Shown one piece after another: positions 27,109 through 34,392 of a stretch of 56,027 nt of DNA. The notes beneath the pieces are model-generated. The model had not been told where the DNA came from, did no database searches, and worked only from the letters and a program-made list of their open reading frames with translations. This stretch comes from a virus (Duplodnaviria > Caudoviricetes), in the IMG/VR virus record IMGVR_UViG_3300010316_000010, positions 1 to 56,027 of that record. One strand, given 5' to 3'. Position 1 is the stretch's first letter. Every line of letters starts with the position of its first letter. Made by a program: the position numbers and the translations under genes.

Positions 27109-27566
27109 ACTCCATAACAGACAAGCTGAACAGAGCAGCAGAACACGCACCTCTGTACGAAGACTACCCAGAGTTCACCCCATTCACCACCCCCGCTTGG
27201 TTGATGCGTCTCGGTGTGTTCGACGGGACGTACTTCCGACACGACCCCGAGTCATGCCCTAAAGACGCGATCATCGTGGCTTCTTCCAACATGTTCGCAG
27301 CACACGTGTCGCTCAGCAGAAAAGAGTGGGAGGCTAACGGCTGGATAACCCCGGAAGACCCACTCGGATGGTTCCAGTGGTTCTGCAGATTCCACGAAGG
27401 TCGTCGTCTGCCGGAACTCGACGCTTGGCAGATCAAACGGTGGAAGGCTTACACACGCCACCTCGGTCAAGTCAGGTCGATGGGTGGTGCTGACATAAAG
27501 CGACGACTGCGACAACGACAGAGTTTGCTTCACTGGGCGCACGACCCGATCCCAGACTTCAGATAA
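27105..27566 (+). CDS. conserved Trp/Arg-rich uncharacterised protein
   Basis: LGVFDGTYF...GWITPEDPLGWFQWFCRF..GRR...QIKRW...RQSLLHWA. Confidence 0.7.
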   Translation: MNSITDKLNRAAEHAPLYEDYPEFTPFTTPAWLMRLGVFDGTYFRHDPESCPKDAIIVASSNMFAAHVSLSRKEWEANGWITPEDPLGWFQWFCRFHEGRRLPELDAWQIKRWKAYTRHLGQVRSMGGADIKRRLRQRQSLLHWAHDPIPDFR

Positions 27567-27567
27567 G

Positions 27568-27607
27568 AAAAAACCTCGGTCAGCGGGGAGGAGGTCGCTG
27601 ACCGAGG
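27568..27607 (-). terminator. intrinsic terminator at end of late operon (between convergent genes)
   Basis: 12-bp stem cctcggtcagcg/cgctgaccgagg followed by U6 on minus strand. Confidence 0.85.
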
Positions 27608-27637
27608 AGTCCAGGGAGGATGCACCACTTAGTGTGC

Positions 27638-27850
27638 TCAGTTGCAGAGACGATCCCACTTCTCGTTGTTCGACAACGTCGGTACGAGAAAGTCCCTGTC
27701 ATTCTTCAGAAGCCAGTCTATCGTCGCGTCTTGTCCGAAGTAGACTGGATCGTAGTTCAGGCAAAAAGTGTCAACGATTACGCGAACCCCGCACCCACTC
27801 AAGAGCAGCGTCCCGAAGAGCAGTGTCGTCCAAGCTGCGTATCTCATCAC
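27638..27850 (-). CDS. o-spanin (Rz1-like lipoprotein)
   Basis: Lipobox LLLSGC; overlaps 3' end of i-spanin in another frame. Confidence 0.7.
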   Translation of the reverse strand: MMRYAAWTTLLFGTLLLSGCGVRVIVDTFCLNYDPVYFGQDATIDWLLKNDRDFLVPTLSNNEKWDRLCN

Positions 27851-28004
27851 TTACGACCTTTCCGTGTATAGACTGATCTATCTGATCAAGGACCTTGTCC
27901 CGCTCCAGCTTCAGCTCAGCTACGCGCGTCCAGTGATGGCGAAGACCGAAGAACCCGAGAACTACGCCGAGCAGCACCAGACCGTAGAGTTTGAGTTTAC
28001 TCAT
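27771..28004 (-). CDS. i-spanin (Rz-like); start may be 28079
   Basis: N-terminal TM segment followed by coiled coil; directly after endolysin. Confidence 0.65.
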   Translation of the reverse strand: MSKLKLYGLVLLGVVLGFFGLRHHWTRVAELKLERDKVLDQIDQSIHGKVVSDEIRSLDDTALRDAALEWVRGSRNR

Positions 28005-28080
28005 CTTTTTGCCCGCTGCGAGAGCCTCAGCATCACCATATCGAACATCAGCGAGGTACGCCAGTTCGTGATAAAACATA

Positions 28081-28722
28081 TCATCTTGCTCCCCCTGCAA
28101 AGTCTTTGAGTCGGTTGCGGAAGAACCAGAGCCCGAAAGCGAGAAGCACGAACCCACCGACGATAGCTACCATCTGCGCCTGACCGTCGAGTGCTGCGAT
28201 AGCTCCCCCGACAGAACCTGCCCCAGCCACGACTTGAGCAGCCGAGACTTTCGCCGTCTTGGTCTCTGTGACAGACTGACGAGGCTGTGGTGCGCGGCGC
28301 ACCGCCAGAAGCCGGCTCACAGGGTATGGAGCGATGGAAACCTTGTTGCCCTGATTGCCTCCAAGTACGAGGAGACCTCTCTCGTCTTGACCAGCGTAGA
28401 AGCCCACGTGGCCTGTCGCTGCTCCAGGAGAACCGCGCCAGAAAACAAGAATGTCTCCGAGTTGTGCATCAGCAAGACTCACTGACTCACCCCAAGTCAG
28501 GTAAGACCGAGCGTTGAGTTTCCCGGTGTGCTGGAGGCCGACCTGCGCCAGCACCGCACCAACGAAAGATGCACACCACGGAGTCTCATCGTCCTTGACC
28601 CAGCCGTGCCCGACGGCTTTTGCGAATCCGACGACAGTCTCGTTGTGGCGTGCGCCCGGATATTCTTTGAGTCCGAGGTAGCCCTCTGCTGCACTGAAGA
28701 TAGCTTCATTCATTTTACCCAT
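28081..28722 (-). CDS. endolysin, TIGR02594 / CHAP-NlpC/P60 type, with C-terminal hydrophobic helices
   Basis: DETPWCASFV, ARSYL, GHVGF, VLGGNQ. Confidence 0.85.
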   Translation of the reverse strand: MGKMNEAIFSAAEGYLGLKEYPGARHNETVVGFAKAVGHGWVKDDETPWCASFVGAVLAQVGLQHTGKLNARSYLTWGESVSLADAQLGDILVFWRGSPGAATGHVGFYAGQDERGLLVLGGNQGNKVSIAPYPVSRLLAVRRAPQPRQSVTETKTAKVSAAQVVAGAGSVGGAIAALDGQAQMVAIVGGFVLLAFGLWFFRNRLKDFAGGAR

Positions 28723-28993
28723 CACCCTGTTTGAAAATGTAGGTCACGCCAGCCGCCAAAACGATCCAGAAGATCCGCTCTGCGAAGCGCAAGGCTTGGC
28801 CGTTGTTGTCAGAGTTCTGCTCGACGGCAGTGATCCGGTCGTTGTGCTTCTTGTTCGTCTCTTCGAAGTTGTCGATCCGCTTGAAGACTGTCACCAACCT
28901 CTCTTCGACGCGAGCAAGCACCACGATGGCCTTGCGAATTTCCTTGAGCTCGACCTCGATGCTCGCTAATCTCGCGTCGTCAGACATGACCAA
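28715..28993 (-). CDS. holin-like / XhlA-like membrane protein
   Basis: Coiled coil plus single C-terminal TM segment, next to endolysin. Confidence 0.55.
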   Translation of the reverse strand: MVMSDDARLASIEVELKEIRKAIVVLARVEERLVTVFKRIDNFEETNKKHNDRITAVEQNSDNNGQALRFAERIFWIVLAAGVTYIFKQGDG

Positions 28994-29504
28994 CCTTCTC
29001 TATAATTTCGTCCATCACACCGAGAAGAGCTGCGAAACAGTCGCGAGACTCCTGTACGATGTCTGTGCGGCCACGGTACACCATCAGCCCCTGGAGCGCC
29101 AGCTTCCTGTCGTCCCAGATGAGATGTTTTGTCGGGTATCCATCAAGACGGCGACGCATTATCTCCCCGCCCATCAGATGAGCTCCAGTGAGAACATACG
29201 CGGCCCCGCAAAGCGCCTCGCTGGTGGTCAGTTGTGCCGCGTAGGCAGTAGCGGCCCCGCTGCACCCAAACTGAGAGCCAGCGACCAGCATATCCGACGC
29301 CAGCCGCTCAGTACGGTGTAGGGCGGGGGGTAGGTGAGGGTCCAGCACTGCATGTATCGTGTGCAGACCACTCAACCACCACCTGTACCACTTCATCGGA
29401 GGTTTTCCTGAGGCCATAGCTGCTCCGACAAGGTGTTCTTCGCAGGCGTGGTGAAGATCGCGTGTTTGCTCCCAGAGGTAGCCGAGACTCTTACTGGATG
29501 ACAT
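28980..29504 (-). CDS. heme oxygenase-like protein
   Basis: LWEQTRDLHHACE (proximal His) and AYVLTGAHLMGG distal-helix motif. Confidence 0.7.
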   Translation of the reverse strand: MSSSKSLGYLWEQTRDLHHACEEHLVGAAMASGKPPMKWYRWWLSGLHTIHAVLDPHLPPALHRTERLASDMLVAGSQFGCSGAATAYAAQLTTSEALCGAAYVLTGAHLMGGEIMRRRLDGYPTKHLIWDDRKLALQGLMVYRGRTDIVQESRDCFAALLGVMDEIIEKVGHV

Positions 29505-30297
29505 CGAAGTACTCCCTCGTATTCGCGACCACTCCGACTGAGACGTAGACAGAACCCCCACTGACGACACGAGCTTCCAGTATTTCTTGACCTGACAGCG
29601 TCATACCTCTCACAGGGAGTTCGGTGAGACCGTCTACAGAAATTCTAGAACTCAGTACTCGCGTACGAAACGCGAAAGGATCATTCTGTCCGTCGACGAC
29701 GCGCATCTCGATTACTGAACCAAGAACCTCATCTGTAGACGCGATCGCAGCGGTTATCGTGAAGCGGTTTGACCGAATGTCGTCTGCACGACCTGAGAAT
29801 AAAGCTGGAACACTGTACTCGAAAGTCTGAGCAATACTGAACCAGTCAGATGCGTCGACTGCGACACGATAACCGAGATTTAACCCGACCGGGGGTCTCG
29901 GCGTTTTGACCAGTACGGGTCCGTATCGTGATACAGCGACGTCACTCACCAGAATCCCACTGCCTGACAAGTCGCTGCTCAGTAGCTGCGGATAGACGAG
30001 CACGGCGTCACCATCCACAGAACTAGAGCCACTGACGTCACACTCGACAGAGTAGAGTGCGTACGCCGAACTTGTGATCGCAGATCTACCGACTAGATCA
30101 CCAGTGACGTACATCTCCTGCGTAGCTGCTGCGAAAACAACTGATCCACCAGACACGTCTGCCGTGATGTCGGAGAATACCTCACCACTGAGTAAGAGAT
30201 CGGATGAACCGATTAAATCAGCCGTTGCCGACAGAAGTTTGCCGGATGTTGGTGATGATGTGATCGCTGTCGACGCTAATGCTGAAAATCCGAGCAT
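29491..30297 (-). CDS. virion/tail structural protein
   Basis: Ser/Gly-rich beta repeats; C-terminal domain paralogous to 33973-34389. Confidence 0.6.
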   Translation of the reverse strand: MLGFSALASTAITSSPTSGKLLSATADLIGSSDLLLSGEVFSDITADVSGGSVVFAAATQEMYVTGDLVGRSAITSSAYALYSVECDVSGSSSVDGDAVLVYPQLLSSDLSGSGILVSDVAVSRYGPVLVKTPRPPVGLNLGYRVAVDASDWFSIAQTFEYSVPALFSGRADDIRSNRFTITAAIASTDEVLGSVIEMRVVDGQNDPFAFRTRVLSSRISVDGLTELPVRGMTLSGQEILEARVVSGGSVYVSVGVVANTREYFDVIQ

Positions 30298-30300
30298 AAC

Positions 30301-30756
30301 TTACTCCGGCTCTGTGGGCCATACGACAGAATGGGGGAAACCCACTTGGGCCGTTATATCACGAAGTGCTTGGCGGTAGGAAGCCCACACTGTCGACAGT
30401 GTGCTGTCGGTCAAAGCCATCCAGTCTGTTTGAGAAAGCAGACTGTCACGCTGATTGCGCACGCCGGAAGCTGCATCCAAATCGTACGCTGCTATTTCTT
30501 CCGGTGTGTTATCTACGACGACATGGCCTGCTTTCCAAACGCCATCGACGAAATATGGTTGAATGTCTGGAATTGCCTTTTGGGTTCTTAAATCGAACTC
30601 CGGCTGCGCTTGGACGACAACAGGGAACACACCCCACGCAGCCAGCATCTCGTCTGTGATTACTGCCGGGAAGCTGACTTGCGGATTATCCCGACGCAGG
30701 TTTCCTACGGTGTAGGGGTATTTTCTGACTGAACCGTCTGTGGTTTTGACGAACAT
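30301..30756 (-). CDS. tail fibre assembly chaperone
   Basis: RNQRDSLLSQTDW...YRQALRDIT.Q.GFP..V.WP. Confidence 0.85.
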   Translation of the reverse strand: MFVKTTDGSVRKYPYTVGNLRRDNPQVSFPAVITDEMLAAWGVFPVVVQAQPEFDLRTQKAIPDIQPYFVDGVWKAGHVVVDNTPEEIAAYDLDAASGVRNQRDSLLSQTDWMALTDSTLSTVWASYRQALRDITAQVGFPHSVVWPTEPE

Positions 30757-32460
30757 CTACAAGTCTCCTATGCTGATTCGGCCTGACTTTGAAACTGTCA
30801 CCAGCTTTGTACTATTTTTGAACACCCTCGGCTCGATCCCGATCGAGCCGGTATCCACGACTGATGTATCAACGACACCTGTGTTACGGTTCCAGACTGC
30901 TCCACCAAACCCATACCCACCCAAAGTGGTGAAAGTCTCGCCGTCTGGGTGAACTAAGAAAGTCTTCGCCACGAACGCTGTGTTGTAAGCTGAAAGACGG
31001 TAAGGAGCGAACCCTATTGGGTCGCCTTCGTTGTCAAACAGCTCGACACTGCTGTAGACCATCGTAGGTGCGGCGGGGTTTGCTACGTTGAACCTGAGCA
31101 TGGCTCCACTGGTACTCGGTAAAGTGATGAACACTTCATTGCCCACTTTTGTAGCGCAGAAACTCATAGGGATGTTCGCACCACTGAGTGTATATCCAGT
31201 AGACACTGATCCTACCGGAATGAGAGCTTGCCCTTGGGTTCTCCCCGCTAGAGAGTAAACTTCAAAGATAAGTAGACCATACCCAGTCCCACTTGAAGCT
31301 GAAACGCTGTATAGGTAGTCACCTTCTAACAGCACTGTCGATGACTCTAGCGACCCCGTCGCGGCGCTGGTAGGCGCTGCTGGATTGGTGACGTCAACTT
31401 CCCAGTGATACCTGTGTCCGAATACGAACACAGAGTTACCGTATTTCAGAAGCACACTCGCCTGCAAATATGTCAGAGGGTAAATCACACTGCCAGATAT
31501 AATCGGCGTGTTACCACTCACATCGAATACGAAGAACTTGGTGTCCTGAGCGCCTGAAAGACCCAGAGAGACGTACAGATAGTTACCATCCAGAGCAGGC
31601 TTACCAACAAAATAGTTCAACACACCTTCCGTCACAGTTAGGTCGGCTGTCCGCCCTAGCAACACTGGCGAGGCTTTGTTCGTCACGTCGTACTTTGCGA
31701 GCGTCAGTTGTCCGTTAGTGGCGTCAAGCTCAAATGCGTAGAGAGTGTTTCCGTCCGCACTCGTAATAATCTCTTCGATCCTGATGCTGGCATATCCCAC
31801 ACTACCTACCAAGGAGAGATTGTTAAGGTCAGATGCGTCAAAAATCTTTGTCGTGTTATACTCGGACATAAACACGTATAAACCACGAACATCAGCAGGT
31901 GTGTTTACAAATGTCCCCAGCCAATCTCCGTCAGGAGTCGCAGGGACGATCCCATCTGACGACCCGGTCAACAAGTCAAACACTTCGTACGCGTTGTCCG
32001 TTCTGGGTGTGACGTAGACCTTGTTGCCTGATGCGAGGGCGTAACTAACCGACGGATAAGTTGCAGAACCTATGAAAGACAGGCTTCCCGGTGTGGAGGC
32101 GTCAAGAACGTAGGCTATCTGATTAGAATCTACGTAGAACTTGTCGCCCTCCAATCTCGATGTGATGTATCCCCAGAAAACAGTGTGCGGGTAGTCGTAG
32201 GATGTCTGAGCATTAGTCACCAGATTTACGACCACGGTCCTGAACAACACAGGAGAGTACGATACAGTTCCTGTGACGTAGGCGTAGGTTCCTGTATCGT
32301 CGATAGCCAAGCTGGCGATATTCGCAAATCCACTAACTGTTCGGGTAGATCGGGTTATCGAGAAGTCTTGCGCTATGCTGCCAAAATCATTCTTATATCT
32401 TTTCGCAGTCACCGTCCCACCTGAGGAAACATACGCCAGCCATTGACCGCTAGTAGCCAT
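30757..32460 (-). CDS. LVIVD-repeat beta-propeller putative receptor-binding protein, 3' part
   Basis: Repeated YDVTNKASP / VFDVS / VDVTNPAAP / FNVANPAAP and GNYLYV motifs; no RBS at 32460. Confidence 0.7.
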   Translation of the reverse strand: MATSGQWLAYVSSGGTVTAKRYKNDFGSIAQDFSITRSTRTVSGFANIASLAIDDTGTYAYVTGTVSYSPVLFRTVVVNLVTNAQTSYDYPHTVFWGYITSRLEGDKFYVDSNQIAYVLDASTPGSLSFIGSATYPSVSYALASGNKVYVTPRTDNAYEVFDLLTGSSDGIVPATPDGDWLGTFVNTPADVRGLYVFMSEYNTTKIFDASDLNNLSLVGSVGYASIRIEEIITSADGNTLYAFELDATNGQLTLAKYDVTNKASPVLLGRTADLTVTEGVLNYFVGKPALDGNYLYVSLGLSGAQDTKFFVFDVSGNTPIISGSVIYPLTYLQASVLLKYGNSVFVFGHRYHWEVDVTNPAAPTSAATGSLESSTVLLEGDYLYSVSASSGTGYGLLIFEVYSLAGRTQGQALIPVGSVSTGYTLSGANIPMSFCATKVGNEVFITLPSTSGAMLRFNVANPAAPTMVYSSVELFDNEGDPIGFAPYRLSAYNTAFVAKTFLVHPDGETFTTLGGYGFGGAVWNRNTGVVDTSVVDTGSIGIEPRVFKNSTKLVTVSKSGRISIGDL

Positions 32461-32915
32461 GCACGGGTAGTTGTTGACAGCGGTATACCCAGACCCGAGA
32501 TAAGGCCGTATGTGCCTGTAACAGAAGGCGAAGCGATGCCCAGAAAATACTGATCGGTCGATTTAGTGTAAAAAAGCCCAACAGCTTCTTCACCGGTTGT
32601 GAGCTGAAGGCTGTGAAGTCCACGGGGATTGGCAGCCCACGGAAAGAAGGTGGCGGAAATATTGGAGGCGCTGAGCAAGGTTTTCTTGGCCCCGGGAGAG
32701 CCAGACGAGATGTCAACCGAAACGAGCTTGTACGTGGAGTCAGCCAGCAATTCCGCTGCATTATCTAAGTCCAACTCGACGCCGTAGAGAAAATTTTCAC
32801 CAACCTCAAATCCAGCGTTTATGCTGTTGTACGGAGCAATAATTGGCAATTGGAAAGACGGCGCGCCTACAGCTCCACCAACCCCACCCGCTCCTTGGAC
32901 CTTGCGCGACAGCAT
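32409..32915 (-). CDS. putative receptor-binding protein, 5' part (likely frameshifted into 30757-32460)
   Basis: TGATG-coupled start MLSRKVQGAGG; LVSVDISS repeat; overlaps next ORF. Confidence 0.55.
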   Translation of the reverse strand: MLSRKVQGAGGVGGAVGAPSFQLPIIAPYNSINAGFEVGENFLYGVELDLDNAAELLADSTYKLVSVDISSGSPGAKKTLLSASNISATFFPWAANPRGLHSLQLTTGEEAVGLFYTKSTDQYFLGIASPSVTGTYGLISGLGIPLSTTTRAWLLAVNGWRMFPQVGR

Positions 32916-33571
32916 CAGGAACCATCCCCAACAAGCGCGCCGTAGAGCGTCGTTCCAACCTTCCAGAGCGCGATCACAGTGTATCCAGTAGTCGCTAGTG
33001 TAGGCGCAACTCCGCCATTGTTCACCCACGTGGTCGTCGGCCACGTGACGGTTGCACCCGCACCATCATCCACCATTAACGTAATAGTTTCGCCATTTGC
33101 AAAACTGTCTGTGTATGTAGTTGCACCAGAAAGCGTATGGGTTTGCACAGTTCCGTTAGATGGGTCGAGGGTAGGGGTAGTTCCAGTAAGCGCGAATACC
33201 TGCTCTGCTATTGAACCTGTGAACTCTGCATCGGTGTACGTCTTGTTGACTAACGTCTGCACCTTCTCCGGTTGTACGATGTCAGTCTCCGCAGCGGTGA
33301 CGTAGACCACCGCGCTGCCTGTGAGTGTTATCTCGGAACCAGCAGAAGAGCTTTCTGTAGCTCCTCGTGACAACGTGGGTCCGATGGAGGAGTATGTCCC
33401 GAGACCTATCTCCCAAAGATCTCCGTCTTCGATGGCGTATCGAACCTGATCACTGTCGACCACCCCAGCAGAAGCGAAGGACTGGTGCTTGGCAACCGCA
33501 GCGACTAGCGTGACGGTCCCTGTGCCGACAGTGGTTGTGGTCATTTTCGCCCGGTTGACAAGTTTCACCAT
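32915..33571 (-). CDS. tail fibre protein
   Basis: LVNRAKMTTTTVGTGTVTL...WEIGLGTY and VTWP...W..G.APTL motifs. Confidence 0.7.
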   Translation of the reverse strand: MVKLVNRAKMTTTTVGTGTVTLVAAVAKHQSFASAGVVDSDQVRYAIEDGDLWEIGLGTYSSIGPTLSRGATESSSAGSEITLTGSAVVYVTAAETDIVQPEKVQTLVNKTYTDAEFTGSIAEQVFALTGTTPTLDPSNGTVQTHTLSGATTYTDSFANGETITLMVDDGAGATVTWPTTTWVNNGGVAPTLATTGYTVIALWKVGTTLYGALVGDGS

Positions 33572-33572
33572 T

Positions 33573-33959
33573 TTACGTCTCCGACACAGTCATCGAACCG
33601 ATGTCAAAAGCCAGACGATCATCGATCCCGACTGTACGAGTGTCGTTCAGTGCTCCTTGGTAGATCGGGTTTCCAGCCGCTACAGCATCCCACACTGAGA
33701 AGTGCGATACCACACCCCAAGCGCCTGTCGCAGGTCCGAAGTTGACTGCGACAGTATTCGTAGCTGTCTGATTCGTTACTTCAAAACTGCACGTGATTCG
33801 TGTGTACCCCAACCCGACGAGTTCATTCAGAGCAGCATCTTCACCTGGATCACCAGTGTGCAGACCGACGAACCACTCAGATGGTCGGGATGTTACGTCA
33901 GCAGTCAGAAGCCACTTCAAGACTTGGGCTTCAGAGTAGTTGGTCTTCGCGTCTGTCAT
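33573..33959 (-). CDS. minor tail / fibre-associated protein
   Basis: VGLHTGDPG...GYTR...FGPATGAWG..SHF.VWDA..AGN. Confidence 0.7.
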   Translation of the reverse strand: MTDAKTNYSEAQVLKWLLTADVTSRPSEWFVGLHTGDPGEDAALNELVGLGYTRITCSFEVTNQTATNTVAVNFGPATGAWGVVSHFSVWDAVAAGNPIYQGALNDTRTVGIDDRLAFDIGSMTVSET

Positions 33960-33972
33960 TTCCTTGCTCCGG

Positions 33973-34389
33973 TCAAACGATTACTGTAAACTCTTCGCGC
34001 TGGTTTAGCACGAAAGATAGATGCGCTTCAGCGGTGTCACCCGCGCTGACGCTGATGTATATCTCCTCACCACTGAGCAGAACCTGCTTGTCCAAGTCAA
34101 TCCGAGCATAACTCTCGAGAGCAATCTCGACCGAAGACGCCAGAGTGAACTCAGTTAGAACCTTGTCGACCACCCAGATCGTCGCAGTCGTCGCCCCTGT
34201 GCTCGTATTCGCAATCATCAGGCTGGTCAGGATTGCCGCAGCGTCTACGTCGCGTTGAGGTGTCGGCCCGTTTTCCGGGATACGATAAGTCGGTACTGAG
34301 TAGATCAGTGTTCCAACATCACCAGAAACTGTCTTCCGCACTACCTCGAAAAGATTTAACGGGGGGCGGGGTGTTACGATTGTCGTCAT
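33973..34389 (-). CDS. virion structural protein
   Basis: All-beta ORF in tail module. Confidence 0.6.
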   Translation of the reverse strand: MTTIVTPRPPLNLFEVVRKTVSGDVGTLIYSVPTYRIPENGPTPQRDVDAAAILTSLMIANTSTGATTATIWVVDKVLTEFTLASSVEIALESYARIDLDKQVLLSGEEIYISVSAGDTAEAHLSFVLNQREEFTVIV

Positions 34390-34392
34390 CTG

